Made by a program: the position numbers and the translations under genes
Notes under the pieces: model-generated
Seen by the model: only the letters and a program-made list of their open reading frames with translations
Database searches by the model: none
Told to the model about the DNA's origin: nothing
Assembly: GCF_006345805.1 (NCBI RefSeq)
Contig: NC_043005.1
Span: 62,930,001 to 62,994,000 of the forward strand
Direction: 5' to 3'
Length of the DNA: 64,000 bases
Origin: Octopus sinensis
Taxonomy: Eukaryota
In this document: piece after piece, positions 48,661 through 63,054 of the stretch
Position numbering within the stretch: the first letter of the stretch is position 1
Layout of the letters: every line of letters starts with the position of its first letter

Positions 48661-51600
48661 GTGCAGGGCTCTAGAAGTCCAATTCACTTCACCAGGGGAG
48701 CAGCATTAACACTTCTAATGTGTAGGACAAGTCTTCTTGAGTACAACAAAGTATCAGATATCTTAGTCCTTAGTCATCTCAGACATCTCAGTCCTGTTGA
48801 ATTTACTTTAACTTTTCAACTATCTTTTAAAGATATCTGAATGTTTACATCTATATATGAAATAGATAAGTCTTGCATTTTTGTTATACAAGACATTTCA
48901 TCAGGCAATAGTGCTGGCACCAATTTATGAAACTAAATCATACAATCTTATGCAAACTTCTGATCAAAAACATCTAGAGCAGCTAGAAGTATTGGTTTCA
49001 AATTTTAGCACAAGTGTAGGTCCTGTTTCACCTCAGGTCAACCCTAATTAGGTAGATGTATGACTAAAGGTCTTCCAGTTATATAACTTTAGTCTTTTTA
49101 TAGGTACAGTTTATCTAGGACTACATTCCACAATACACAATATGTTCCATCTTCAACTGCTTTAAGGTAGGTACAACATAATAGAGATTTAGTTACTACT
49201 CCTAACAGGTTAAAAAAAACCATATAGGACTTCCTTTATACTAGATTTAATATATTTAAATTTGTTACCATAGATAACAACATTTACTTATGGAAGTTTT
49301 GAACTAGTGAATATGTGGGAATATAGCAGACATAATTCACTATAAGAATTTTGTTGTTTTTCTGTCATACAAGCAAAAATAATTCAAAAATTCATAATTT
49401 AAGATTTTAAGCAAATCTAGTGACCAATTACATTTATTTGAATAATTCAAGACTTAAAACAAAAAAGCAAATATTTGTAAATGTCAAACAGTTTTTTTTT
49501 ACAGAATACAATAAAATTGTTTCTTATGAAAATTGTATTGAATATTTAAATATTAAAAAGGACTAAGGTAACACAGCAATATAAATACTTGTTTTCTACA
49601 AATAGGGTTCCTTTCAGGAAATGTTACTTTATAATGAATTGAACAATAACCTGTGAATCACATAAAATATATATTGTTTTAATTTATATTTAATATTTCC
49701 TTATGCAGTATAACAACTGTTTTATCAAAATCTACACTGTCATCATCAAAGGTCAAGAGACTAAGAGGTGCTGTATTATATAGTGAATCTTCCAGTAACA
49801 CAGCTATGGTGGTATGCATAATTTATAAAAATAGAATTCTGTGCTATTTTTAAAATATAATAAGATATAAAGCAAAATAGCACAACTTTTAGTATACTAT
49901 TTCATTACCTTTTCTATGGCAAGGATAGTTGTAAAAGTATCAAACTAGAAGAAGAAATTTATTATTACATGAAAGTTGAGAATTTAATATAGATAAAAGC
50001 CATGAAAGGCAGATTTAATAATGTAATCAAACTTTACTACTAAAGTAACTTCCTCTAAAAGTAGAACAATGGCATTCTGTAGTTTCTCCTTCAAAGTAAT
50101 GTACTTCCATATGATATAAAATGTTGGCTCAAACCTGCTGACTACTAGCTAATTAATTGCTAAACCTTGTGCTTTGGTAATCTTTCCTCAACCACCAACA
50201 TTAACCCATTCTGAAGAGCTACTAAGAAGTTTATGTGCTCATCTTTTCCTTTGAGACTAAAACATTTGGGAAATAATTATCTGAAAGGCCATATAGTCTA
50301 AAGACCAAATATCTTTTGGGACATATTCAAAGTTGAAATATGCTTAAATACGTCAAATTTCTTTAGTCATTCGATAAAAGCTTTAAAAAAAAGCTTTTAT
50401 AATCTTCAACTTGTTCAGATTCTAATGAATCTTTGTTCAGTTTCAATTGTTGAAATAGATTATACATGAAAATATCTAATGATTATTTTGAAGTTCAATT
50501 CATGACCTGGCACACAACTGAAACAATGTAATTAACAGTTTTTTAAAAAAATGAATTGAAAAATATGCTTAAGATCTTCCAAATGGCAAGAAGAAATGTA
50601 ATGATTGAAAATGAAGAATATAGGCCAGGATACTTTTAAATCAGTTTTATGTTCAGTTCAGCTTTATATCAATAAAAATAATCATATCTGAATTGAAGGT
50701 TGAAATTTTCTTTTTAGACATTATTTACACAATACTCTAGATATCTAATAAAGTGTGAGAATAGAAGTACTAAACCAATAAAATGAAACATTCACTGAAG
50801 ATGAAAAACAAATTTTCTTGTAATTTTTTTTTTTATATAGTAACTATACAGTTTCAAGTTTATCTGTGTGTTATCACATCCCTCTGAAGCCCTTGAATTT
50901 TCATAACGTGTTATTTATATCTCTATGTGTTAATTTAATTTGATAATTAATAGCTTTGCTTTTTAATTTCTGCATTAATTTCTATAGTGTTAGTGTCAAA
51001 ACTATAAAAAAAGACAAGTGAAATATTTGAATTAACATATATGTTAACCCCACCATGAATAGTTAATCATCCTACCATATGTAGCTTATAAACTATACAA
51101 ACTTTGTCCTCCATTGAGAGTGAGAGCATTGCCTAAATTAAGCTGTTCTAAAGCAGTTTCTGTTGCTTTATTGATTTAATTAAGTTATTTAAAATTGTAT
51201 ATTTAGAGATTTTTTCTTTTATCACATTGAATTTTTGACTCTTTAAAAGAATTACTTCATTTCGAAACTAAAAGCTTTAGACTTCTAACAAAAAAAAACA
51301 ACAAAAACCAAAAAAAGTACAGTTAATAGTTATAATAAACTGCAAAATGTCAAAAGAAATTTTACCAGATACTTGTTTACATTAAAGAATAAGGACTCTA
51401 AATGGAAACAACTGATTTCATGGATCCGACCTTCTAATGTTATTTTAATCTTTATTGATTAATATTAAAGACAACCTAACATCAAATATAGTTAGCTTTT
51501 AAATCAAACCAAGCGTTGTGAAGCTATACCTTTTCTGAAGTAATTTCCTTCTAAAACTGGATGTGGTCTATCCGTAAAGCAAATGTTAGTTTCATTCTGC

Positions 51601-52675
51601 TTCCCAATTAAGAGAGATAGGGATCTTAATTGAACTATATTGATTTATTTGCATCAAGATAGCACAGCATGTGACACAATCATCATAACCACAAAATTGG
51701 CAGTTGAAGAAAATTCAACCTACAAATATTAAATGCGTATATTTGAGTTCAAGTATCTGATACTTTAAAAGACACCTCTCACTCTCACACACACACACCA
51801 CACACACACACACACACACAAGTAAAGGCACCTCTATATTACTAATTTAGGATAGTGTGTTTTATTGAGGAACAGGTTAATGGTAGAAATATATAATAAA
51901 AGCAGTAGGTGAGCCAGTTTCTCCTCTTTCACTTGATGTATATACAGAAGAGTTATTATTTTATGAATTAACCAGATTATTGTTTATTCATTGTAATTTG
52001 ATAGTGTTTAAAAAGATATTTATTGTATTGTATGATAATGTACATTTAATAAGGTGAAAATTTGCATAGTTGAAACATATATAATATTTATTTAAAGTTG
52101 ATATCAACATATATAAGTACATAGGCACGTATGCATATATATTATATACAAACACAAGCGTGACTGTGTAGTTAAGACTGTCACTTTTCAACCATATGGT
52201 TTCAACATCAGTAAGGCAGCTTGGGCAAATGTCTTCTACTATAACCCTGGGCTAACCAATGCTTTGTGGGTGAATTTGGTAGCCTGTCATATGTGTGTTT
52301 GTAATGCATCTTTGTGTTTGAATTTGTACTTCTCTCAATGCTTATGAACCAGTATTTGTTTGTTTAGATCCCTGTAACTCAGTGATTCAGCAGAAGTGGC
52401 CAACAGAATAAGCCTTAGGCATGAAAAGGAAAACAAAATGGGTCGAATTGTTTGACTAAACCCTTCCAGGTGGTGCCCCAATATAGCTGTAGTTCAATGA
52501 CTGAAACAAGTAAGTGATATACATCCACATTATGGATGCAAGTATAACTATGCACATTCATTATAGATAAACAAATATATGCAAAAGAGAAAGAAGGATA
52601 GCAAATTAGACACAATATGTAATTTAATTCAAAACCGAATGTAAGTGCTAATCAGTATTTTTCATGCTTAGACCT

Positions 52676-52717
52676 CGGGCAACTGAAGATTAAGAACAAG
52701 AAACTCTGAGTCATGAC
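52676..52717 (+). ncRNA. Degenerate minimal hammerhead motif
   Basis: ggcaa-CTGAAGA(52683-52689)-ttaagaacaa-GAA-ACTCTGAGT-C^atgac. GUC triplet and near-palindromic helix III; helices I and II are decayed. Confidence 0.5.
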
Positions 52718-52825
52718 TTACTTAGGTTCAATATTGAATAAATAAATGCAGATTACTCTAAAAGTACTTTCTTATGCTTAATTGTTTTATTGATTTCTCA
52801 CAACTTTGATGGTACTATCTGTCAT

Positions 52826-52872
<47 letters not shown>

Positions 52873-52999
52873 ACCATTATAGTCATGTTAGTATGCTGGC
52901 CACTAATAAATCATTAAATAATGACTTTATCCTAATTATGTATAAATATATATGTGCATTTGTGTGTGTGTGTGTGTGTCTGTCTGTCTGTCACTGTAG

Positions 53000-53340
53000 G
53001 CACAGTTATAGCTATGTAGTAAGAAGCCTGCTTCCCAATCACATGGTTCTGGGTTCAGTCCCACTGCATGGCACCTTGGGCAAGTGTCTTCTACTATAGT
53101 CTCAGGCCAACCAAAGCCTATGCGTGTGTGTGCGTGTGTGTGTCCACACTGCTTGACAGCCAGTGTTGGTGTGTTTACATCCACATAACTTAGATTGGTT
53201 GCAAAAGCAACCAATAAAATGAGTACCAGGTTTAACAAAACATAAACACTGGCATCAATTCAGTTTGCTAGAAATTCTTTGAGGTAGTGCCCAGCATGGC
53301 CACAGTCTAATCACTAAAGCAAGTAAAAATTAGAAGATAA
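53000..53340 (+). mobile_element. SINE family A
   Basis: Homology to 7178-7570; a more diverged copy lies at 52160-52510. Confidence 0.75.
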
Positions 53341-54344
53341 AAGATATATACATACATATATGTATATGTTTCTACATTTAGAGCTTCACCTAATACATCA
53401 TCCCTGCTAAACCTCCATCTTTTGCCCCATCGTTTTATTTACCCTCATCTGTATACTCTTTGATTCTCTATACCATGTTGCCTGTGTGATGAAAGATAAT
53501 AGTGGAACTCTCCTCCTATCAACCACACCATAATGCTAGTCATTTGGTCTGTCCAGTACTCTACTTATTGCTATACACTGTACTACTCCACCCATTTATT
53601 AAAGGATGCATTGGACCTGTGCATAGTCTACTGCAATCTTCATCAATCAAACTGTCTTTGTGAGCAAAGCAGCTATAACAGGATAGCATTACATCAGTAT
53701 TTAATATGACCTATGATCATCCTTTCTTGTCTGCCGTTACTCTATGAAGCCATTGACATCCATCATACTCTCTTGCTATGACCAATCTCTGAGACCATTC
53801 ATCATTCAATCCCTTTCTCACACTAGCAAGCGTGTAGCTACCATTACTGTCTCTCTTCTATTACTACTTCCTCTACCATTCTGTCACCTTAATCATAGGT
53901 TTTCTGTTCATACTCTTCCCCCATTTATCCACTCACAATAATCCTTCTGTCATCATCTCATTCAAAATTGCTGCATTAATAGTATAACAAACAACAGAGT
54001 GATTTTTTTGTTGCCTTGAAATTGCTGTACTCTCCACTCATTTCATATTTATAAAATGAACTGGTGCTTGTGCTGGCAAAATGAAATTAATTCTGATTTA
54101 AAATTCAAGATATTTTCCTTTTGAACAAAATGGTTAATTTTCTAGATAAGCAATTTTTCCATTGACTGCCAACTCTCACAAATTTAAGAAATTTTCAATT
54201 TAAATCTTGAGAATGGTTTGGTGTTGTTGACCTGCAGGTTGGTGTCAGTAAGGGAGTTTGGGTCGATGGTGTTGTTGCAGTTTTGTACTTGGTGTTGGTA
54301 TGCATTAGGGTTGTGGTGGTGTTGCTTGTGATAGAGCCAAAAGA

Positions 54345-55410
54345 ATTTCAGTAAGATGAACCAACACATTAGTTTCACCACTGAACATCCAAACAGCAAT
54401 GGTTCCATCTCCTTGCTTGACTTTTGTTTAAACATCAAGGATGAGTGGTAAATTGACACAATGTTCTAACGAAAATCAGCTTGCTGGGGTTTCTTCATCC
54501 ATTACAAGTCAACCCTTCCCTTCGGGGCTAAGAAAAGCTACATACATAACAAGATTGCTCAGATAAACAAGAGATATAGTGACAACACCAGCCAGGACAC
54601 ACATGCTGTTCAGTTCTTAAAGGTACTTGAGACCAACGGATACCTGACATCTGTTGTTAACTCCAAATGCAAGTACAAGCCAAATAAGCTTCACTAAAGG
54701 GATCTCTCTAAGACTTGCTTCTTGAAGGTTCCCAACTTTAACGAGAGGATCACCTCTACCATTTACAAAGCTATCTACAGGGATACAAAGCTATCCTACT
54801 GCCTATATGAAACCTCTCAATGAGGTGGTCACATACAGAACAACATCCCTGCACACTGGTGAACTGCCCTATTTGCAAGACAAACATGTGCAAAGGTATA
54901 TATGTAGTATACCAGTTATGATGTTCCAAATGCAGATCACTCCATGTCCAAATGAAGGAGCATGTCACTACCAATGTATCTTCCTTCTACAAACACTTAA
55001 ACAAATGCGGCAATACCACTAAAGAGAAAGACACTTCCATACTAGTCTCAGGGAGGAACACAGCAAATTTTCATATCATGAAAGCTATATTAATTCACTG
55101 TCTCAACCCCAAAAGCAACAGCTGATCAGAGATGAGTTGGTAACTCCTATGAATACATTATGGCAATTATGACCAATATCATAACATATGTCACCCCCAC
55201 CACCACCACCACCAACACATGAAAATACATCACAACCAACAGTTGGGGAGTTGCTACTGCTGTTAATCCAAATGCTAAGCAGTTTAAAATGAAATAACAA
55301 AATTGATGTAAATACATTTCTTGGACTGCTTCCATCTGAAGATAGGCCTTCACACTTGAATTATAAAGGTTTTAGTATAACCTTCTGCATTGTTAGAAGC
55401 TTTCTTCATT
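54345..55410 (+). mobile_element. Degenerate Penelope-like element: RT thumb, GIY-YIG region and downstream pLTR with hammerhead core
   Basis: HISFTTEHPNSNGSISLLDF, FIHYKS, LETNGYL, LKVPNF, CPICK...VVYQL*CSKC, MKEH, KHL. A pLTR follows, with CTGAAGA-taggcc at 55336-55348. Confidence 0.8.
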
Positions 55411-55429
55411 TCCTATTTCTTTTCTACTC

Positions 55430-55430
<1 letters not shown>

Positions 55431-55460
<30 letters not shown>

Positions 55461-55540
55461 TGTATGTATGTATGTATGTATGTATGTATGTATGTATGTA
55501 TGTATGTGAGTATGTATGTATGTGTGTGTATGTATGTATG
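55431..55540. repeat. (ATGT)n microsatellite
   Basis: Direct reading. Confidence 0.95.
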
Positions 55541-55761
55541 GTATGCATGCATATAATCAAACAGTAAATGTATGACTGGTTAGGGTAATAGAGCATCTTG
55601 ATGGAAAGTACAATTTTAAAATAAGAGCTCGTGTAATGAGATAATAGCTCGTGTAATTAGATTTTCATGAATAATGGAAATCGTTTTATTGAATATATAT
55701 ATCCAATTGACACTAGAAAAAAGCTCCATTCATATGTTTTACAGTAAGCAATGTTAAACTT

Positions 55762-56022
55762 GGTCATTTTTTTGTCTTGCCAAATAAACACATGCACTAT
55801 ATGTTTGTTCTTGCTCATTTATTATTGTTCTTATTTTATCTTATATCCATTGTCTGGAAATTTTTCATCACACATCTGTGTCCTCTTCAGTGACTCATCC
55901 ATCCCACGTGTCACCTATTCTGTTTAGTCCATTCTCATAAAATAAAAACAATAATAAATAAATGAAGAATGAACATATAGTGCATGTGATTATTTGGCAA
56001 CAAAAAAAAAGCAAAATGACCA
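55762..56022. mobile_element. Short inverted-repeat element enclosing a degenerate hammerhead (55852-55894, minus)
   Basis: Arms at 55762-55830 and 55949-56022. The minus centre reads gtca-CTGAAGA-GGACAC(agat)GTGTGAT-GAA-AAATTT-C. Confidence 0.55.
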
Positions 56023-57625
56023 TTCCAAAATATATTAATATCCGTTTCAACACATGATTTCACATCAGGAATCTTGCAAAAGAAATTCGTAAATATAATG
56101 TTAAACTTGGTTATTTCTGAAATGGCCCAACATTTAACTTTTGAATAATTTCATGTGAATATCCATTTATTTTTGCCAGGTTAAAAAATCTCTGTAAATA
56201 ATTTATCACTTGTAGTATTACAGTCATATAAACCATGAAAGAAATAAATTACTTTATTACAAGTAATATGCGACTTAGGTGAAAATAGAATTTAACTGAT
56301 GATTAAAGCAGATGGTAAGTATCAAGTGTGAAGTCAGAAACAAGGGATGGATAATTTATTGACTTTGCTGAGAAATATGCAGAATAGTAGACTGTTGCAA
56401 AACTGATCAAAATACACCTAGCAAGAAACTAAAAATAAATTGTACTTAGAAATGATAAAAGATTTGATTCTTCTGATGGAAGTATTCAGAGGAAATGCAG
56501 TAAAATCACAATTCAATATATTTCTTCACTCATGCAGAAGTAATGTTTTCATAATAATTTGCTTATTTTAGTTGTAAGAACTTTTACTTAACATTTTCAA
56601 GATGCTCTTGTAATAGATTAACTGAGAAGAGCTCAAAGAAACAAATAAACAATGCATGATCAAGACAATAAAAAAGTGATAAATGCTATGATTTAGGTCA
56701 TAATGTCAGCAATAGCAGAAGGGCTTCTTCAGTAACACAGTAAAGTTAAGAGAAATTTTAGTTTAAAAAACAACAGAAATGATTGAAAGATAATCAGAAA
56801 CATTAGGTGTAGAAATGATGCTTTACAGCTATTTTCAAATATAGGAATTATTTTCAGTGCCAACGGGAAAATTTTAGGAAGAAAATTAAAAGGATGAGCA
56901 ACAGAATCAATGTTAAGAATATGTTCCAGATTTAAGATAACATCACTGGCAGTTAATTATCTACTGTTCTAAATATACTGTAGAATTGAATGTGGAAAAA
57001 ATTAAAAACCAGAAAGACTAACCATAATATTTTCTCTAATGTTTTTTTATAATTTGATGTGAGTTTTTGCATTGAAACTGGGGTGTAACTCTATGTACAA
57101 TATTGTTAAATTTACATACTAAAGTGTTTGGTTTTTCCTGGGTTTATTTATTTTTTGTTTTATCAATTTCCTTTGCATATAAAATTTACATCTCGTATTA
57201 TCAATCAACCATGTATTTGTTGTATTCTGGACTGACTAGTAAATTCTGATGTCACAAAAGTACTTTTTATATAGGAAAAGGGGAAAGGGAAAATGTTTCA
57301 TTTTATTTTTATAAGAATAAGCTAGCAGTACCCATGAACATCCCACTATTATTTTGAAAACTTATAAAATAACTGGAAATTTATTAAGAGCCATGAAGTA
57401 TGCAATTGTTTTTGAAGTTGTATCTTGTTTGAAACATTTGATTATTTAGATGATATAACAGTCCATATAGGTAGTATTAAATGTGCAGTCTTATGAAATA
57501 CAATTTCTGGAAGCTACATTCCTTCTTATGCATGATGATATTGTGTGTGTATGTGTGCATGTGTGTGTGTGTGTGTAAACTGTAAACATATATATATTAT
57601 GCACACCTTTGATGCACACATACAA

Positions 57626-57634
57626 TCTATCTAT

Positions 57635-57697
<63 letters not shown>
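57626..57697. repeat. (ATCT)n microsatellite
   Basis: Direct reading. Confidence 0.95.
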
Positions 57698-58029
57698 ACC
57701 ATACATGCACACATACATACACACACACATATATAATTCTAGGTGTGTGAATGTGTGTGTGTTTGTGATACTTAACACCAGTTATGCTGCTGATGCACTA
57801 CAAATAAACATTGATAAAACGTGTTCCAAATTTAAAAATAATCTTGAAAGTAGTGATCCAGCATGGCCACAGTCCAATGACTAGCAAAAGAATGTATAGA
57901 AGGATATATACCATATTTAATTCATTTATTTATATTATTATAATTGCAACAATTACCTAATGATATTTACAAATATATTTTACACAACTGCATCTTAATT
58001 TGTATCGTTGAGTCTCATTCAGTTTTTAC

Positions 58030-58183
58030 ATACATGACACACATACACATACGCACACAAACACACACACAGATGCATGCACCCACACACATACACACTC
58101 ACACACAGATGCACCCTCCACACAGACTCACACACACAGATGTATGCACACACAGACAGATGCATGCACATGCACACACACAC

Positions 58184-58250
<67 letters not shown>

Positions 58251-58270
58251 TACTGACATACATATATACA
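58030..58270. repeat. Compound (CA)n/(TA)n microsatellite
   Basis: Direct reading; explains the His/Thr-rich spurious ORFs here. Confidence 0.9.
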
Positions 58271-58759
58271 GAAGATCTAAGTATTTTATCTACATTTGCA
58301 GAAAAATAATACTTTCTACTCAAAATATACTTCTAAAGCACTTGCAACAGCAATGGTGAGTGTGATAGGTTGAAGAGTATAAGAGAAGAAATGACTAAAG
58401 ACGTTGTGATGTTACAAACTTTGTTACAGCTTGATACTTTTCTTCTCTCCCTTCTTCCCTTCTTCAAAGTCTTTAAATCTTCATATCACTTTCACCAACT
58501 TTCTTTTGTATGGCTACTTTAACTCCCACTCTTACTCCAGCACTTGTTCTCTATTTCCATCACTGTCTTTTCTCCTCACCTCTCTCTCTCTTTCTCTCTC
58601 TATTTAGGTATCTTTTTCACTGTTATTAACACCAATGTCACTACTGGAGCCTCTGCCAGCACTGTAACTACCCCCACACTTCTCTATCAAGCTACAACTA
58701 AGAAATTTATGCTGCATGGCAGTAAAACATAGGCTATGACTACTGAGGGTATGTGAGGG

Positions 58760-59370
58760 CTTGAAAAAAATGGAGCCAGTATGCTTTACTGGATGGGTAA
58801 TATCAGTGTCCATATACAACAGAGTGCAAGTGATTTGAGAAAAACCTGGGTATACAAGGCATCAGATGTAGTGTGCAAGAGAGAAGACTGAACTGATTTG
58901 GTCATGTAATGTATGTGAATGAAGAGAGTTGCATCAAGAAGTGCTAATCTCTAATTGTGGAGGAAATATGTGGAAAGGGTAACCCAGGAAGATGTGAGAC
59001 AAAGTGGTGAGAAAAGATCTTTAGATATTGAGCCTCACAGAGGACTGACACTCTTGGTAGTTTGCTGTGCTTGAGAAGAAATGTCAAGCAAAGAAAAAGT
59101 ATGGTTGTCCTTGTATACAGGCATGTACGCTGCATCCCTCTTGAGCTGAGCATTCTTAATCTTGCACTCACCCAGTGCTGTGTAAAAGCATCCAGTACAC
59201 TCTAAAGTGGTTGGCATTTGGAAGGGCATCCAGCCATTGAAACCATTCTAAAACAGACATGAAGCCTGGGCAGCTCTTCAGCTGGCCACCTCCTGTCAAA
59301 CCATCCAACTCATACCAGCATGGAAAACAGACATTAAATGATTATGATGATGATAATGATTATGATGACT
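58760..59370 (+). mobile_element. RTE-clade LINE 3' end with 3' UTR and (GAT)n tail
   Basis: *FGHVMYVNEESCIKKC*SLIVEEICGKGNP corresponds to the WFGHV.R...G.R.RGRP motif, followed by the same tail as the non-autonomous copies. Confidence 0.7.
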
Positions 59371-59431
59371 TACCCTAGCATTACACAAACGGTATATTGA
59401 AATGTACTATTATATTAATATATATAGCAGA

Positions 59432-59655
59432 TGGACAAAGTGGTGAGTTGGCAAAATCATTAGCATGCTGGGCAAAATGCTAAGCTGTTTTGCATTCATC
59501 TTTATGTTCTGAATTCAAATTCCTTCAAGGTCAATTTGCTTTACAACCTTTCAGGGTCAATAGAATAAGTACCAGTTGAGTACTGGGGTCAATTTACTCG
59601 ACTTGCTTCCTCCCTCAAAATTACTACCCTTGTGTGAAAATTTGAAACTAATATA
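59432..59655 (+). mobile_element. SINE family B
   Basis: Homology to 4051-4243. Confidence 0.7.
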
Positions 59656-60999
59656 TAGAGAGTGGTTTTACATATACATTTAGCTATAATCACGTGTATC
59701 CAAATGGTAAATATCATTAACATTTTTAAAACTTATATTCATAGCATTTAATTCATATATTTGGCCAAGCCTTTGTATTTTCAGCTATTTATTGCATAAC
59801 TTCAGTGAAATATTGTACAAAGAACACAAAAATGCATTTTACATTATAAAAGTATATCTAGGAAACATATTAATGTCCTTTTTGCAAACTTTTCATAAAG
59901 TTTATTAATTTTGAATCCATGAAGCTAAAACTATACTAACACAATATAAAAATCTGTGTATTGTTATCAGTGTAATTAACAGATATAATTTGCAAGCAAC
60001 AATTGGTTAATGATTAGAGAAGAAACAAAAGAAAATTATCATTTTAATGTTCTTCATTAAATCTTTCTCTAAATATATGATAAATATATGATGAAAATCT
60101 GTTTTTTTACAATCATAACACTCCATAATTGGAAATTTTGAAACCATTTTTCAAGCTGCTTATTTTGGAATACTAAGCTTTAAAAGATTTGTTTTTAATT
60201 CTATGATTATCTATTTGCAAAGTAAATATTTTTCTTGCTTGGTGAATCATGATAGAAAATGATAACATTAATAAAAAATATATATAAAACCAATCAAAGA
60301 ATATAATCCATATATAGAAAAAGAATATTTTGTTCTGCTGAAGCCTTGTAATACAAAATTCATTTTATTTTTAATAAAGAAAAAATAAAAAGATAAGCTT
60401 CCATTGGTTTTTCCTTGTTACTGGCATGATTCCCACAAATTGAAGTTTTGAAATAAACCATTAGAATCTAATTTCTGAATCATTTTGTTTATAAACACTA
60501 AGTTTTAACATTTTCACGTTTACAATGATTTGTAAATAGACCATTCAAGTACTTCAACAATATATTTTGAGCAAGAATCTACCTCCAGCCCCAAACAAGA
60601 GAGAATGAAACCATAGAGAGAAAATCTACCTGACAAGCAACCAATTCTCTCTCAAATTGCATGCTACTATTTTAAAAAAGGGAAGATATCATAGTTAATG
60701 TGGTCATGGATGCATAATGCCTGAAAATCGATGAGATAGTTCAGTCAGGGCAGATCATCATCATCCTTGTTTTAACATCCACTTTTCTGTGTTTGCATGG
60801 ATCAGATGGAATTTATTATGGTAGATTTTCTACAGCTGGATGCCTTTCTCTCACCAACCCATACTTGTTTTCCTGTAGAGTAATACTTTCCCTTGGCCAG
60901 ACATGGTTTTCATGGACGATTGGAAAGGAATGGTATTGCTTGTATGAGGATGAGGATGATGTTAACAACCATTACGCAATATCAAGACTAGGGGACCCA

Positions 61000-61265
61000 A
61001 ACACACATCCATACATACACACATCCCTCACATATATATATACATATACACATGATAGGCTTCTTTCAGTCTCTATATACCAAATACACTTACAAGACTT
61101 TAGTCAGTCTAGGGCAACAGTAGAAGACGTTTACCCAAGGTGTCATGCAGTGAGACTGAACTCTAAGCCACAGGGCTAGGAAGCAAGCTTCTTAACCATA
61201 CAACCATATCTACACCTAGCCACGTGGCTATGCTTGCACCTATCTACACAGCCTTGCCTGCACCA
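61000..61265 (-). mobile_element. SINE family A (partial)
   Basis: Reverse-complement homology to the 5' half of 7178-7570. Confidence 0.65.
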
Positions 61266-63054
61266 ATTCAAAAAATAATTAATGCCATATCTGACCCCTA
61301 TCTCTTAAAAGAACCCCTTAAAACACTACGAAGGTTGTACAATGTTGCTGTCTGGTTGACATTTTGCCTAGAATCTTGGCAATGATTTCTGACTATTAAG
61401 TGAACTGAGTTAATGTAAATTGTCTTGCTAAGAATTACTCTAAAATAATGTTTGAGGCAGGCTCAACCATGGAACTAGTAATAAAGTATTTTGTTCTGTC
61501 AGTTATTTTACCTGTACATGCTATTGCTATTCATTCTTCCAATGAATTTAGGTCTTGAATACATCCACACAATACAATGATCAGCTCTTTATTTACAACT
61601 GTAGTTCATGATAAAGTTTTATTGAAAGGTGATGTCTAAACTCAAGCTTCACTGTAGAATTAGTAGAAATGTTCATGTGCTAGGGGAAGAAGAGGAATAT
61701 AATGTTCTGGGACAGTCCCTTCATTTAAGGGGGGAAATTGAAATGTTCTCAAATGAAAAAATTATCCTGAAATGTCTGATGATTTTCTTCTTCCCATAGA
61801 ATAAAACTTACCAAAGTTCATAAACATTACTGCAAAATTTTTGCCAATGCAGATCATCATCAGTCTCACCAGACACTGTTTACTACTAATGCTATAATTC
61901 TTGACAATTTGTGTCTTTTATGTATTATGTACTAGAAAATTTTATATTTTCAAGTGTTGAGAAAGTATTAACAAATGTGCATGAAAGTAGGAAAGACATC
62001 TATGAGAAGTGACATATGGAAGATGCAAGAAGATGGAAGGTATTATAAGCTAATGCTGGAACAAAGTTGGACAAGGAAAACTAAAGAAAGATCTAAGATG
62101 AAAATCCTATATAAGAACTTACGTGTTTGACCTCCTAGATAAATGGTGTGAGAGAAACTGATTGCTTAAGTGTGAGAAAATCAATCTGAGCAGATGAAAT
62201 AATTTCTGATAAAAAATGTATAATCGTAATAGGTTTTTAACAAAATAATAAAGATTATAGTGGTTTTCCTTATAAATACCGATATTTCATAACAGAATTT
62301 GATTTACATGTTCTTTTCATAAGCAAAGATTTCATATAGGAATCTAAGTGAAACTATTCAGTGGTAAGAGGGGCGATATTTAATCAAAAATACAAGTTGT
62401 TATTAAATGAAACTATTTAAGATGGTGAAGTAGAAGAAATGATAGAGTTTGGCACAAAATATTTTGTAGTATTTTGTTGTCACTTACAATTTGTATCACA
62501 AATTGTACTAGAGCAGAATTTGCTTTTGCTTTCAACCTCAGGGGTTGTGAATATCAGTACAATTGGCACTGCTGTCCTCAGCACTTTCTCCATAGAGGTG
62601 TGGTTTTCTGATAATGTAAGAATTATTTCATGTTATTTAAATCATGTTACTGAAGAAGCAAGTCATTATCACTTAGAATAAAAATTCTAAGATATCAACA
62701 AAGAATTTATTTCTCATTGTCTTTTGCCAAAGATGAAAAGGGTACTAACCAATTTCAAGGAGAAGAAGAAAGTCCGTAAAAGTAAGAAAATTTAAAACTT
62801 AAAAGGGTGAGAATGATGACCAATAATGTGAGGAAGAGAGAAATTACAAATTGAGCAAAGAACCAGTAAATAAATATCAGGCATATGTTGAGTACATTGT
62901 TGTCACATTAAAAAACTATTTTTGGTAAATTTTGCTGATAATCTGGTTTGATAAAACAGAATAATACATTTAAAGAAGGTTGTTGTGTAAGGCCAGATAA
63001 TGCAAGAAGCTAAAAAGTAAACTACAAAAGGAAAAGAAGAGAAAACAGAACAAA

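Noticed and set aside
56271-56315. Short plus exon ending ATG|GTAAGT
   Set aside because: Strong donor only; no in-frame downstream exon was identified.
57545-58359. His/Thr/Ile/Tyr-rich ORFs
   Set aside because: Translations of (CA)n, (TA)n and (ATCT)n microsatellites.
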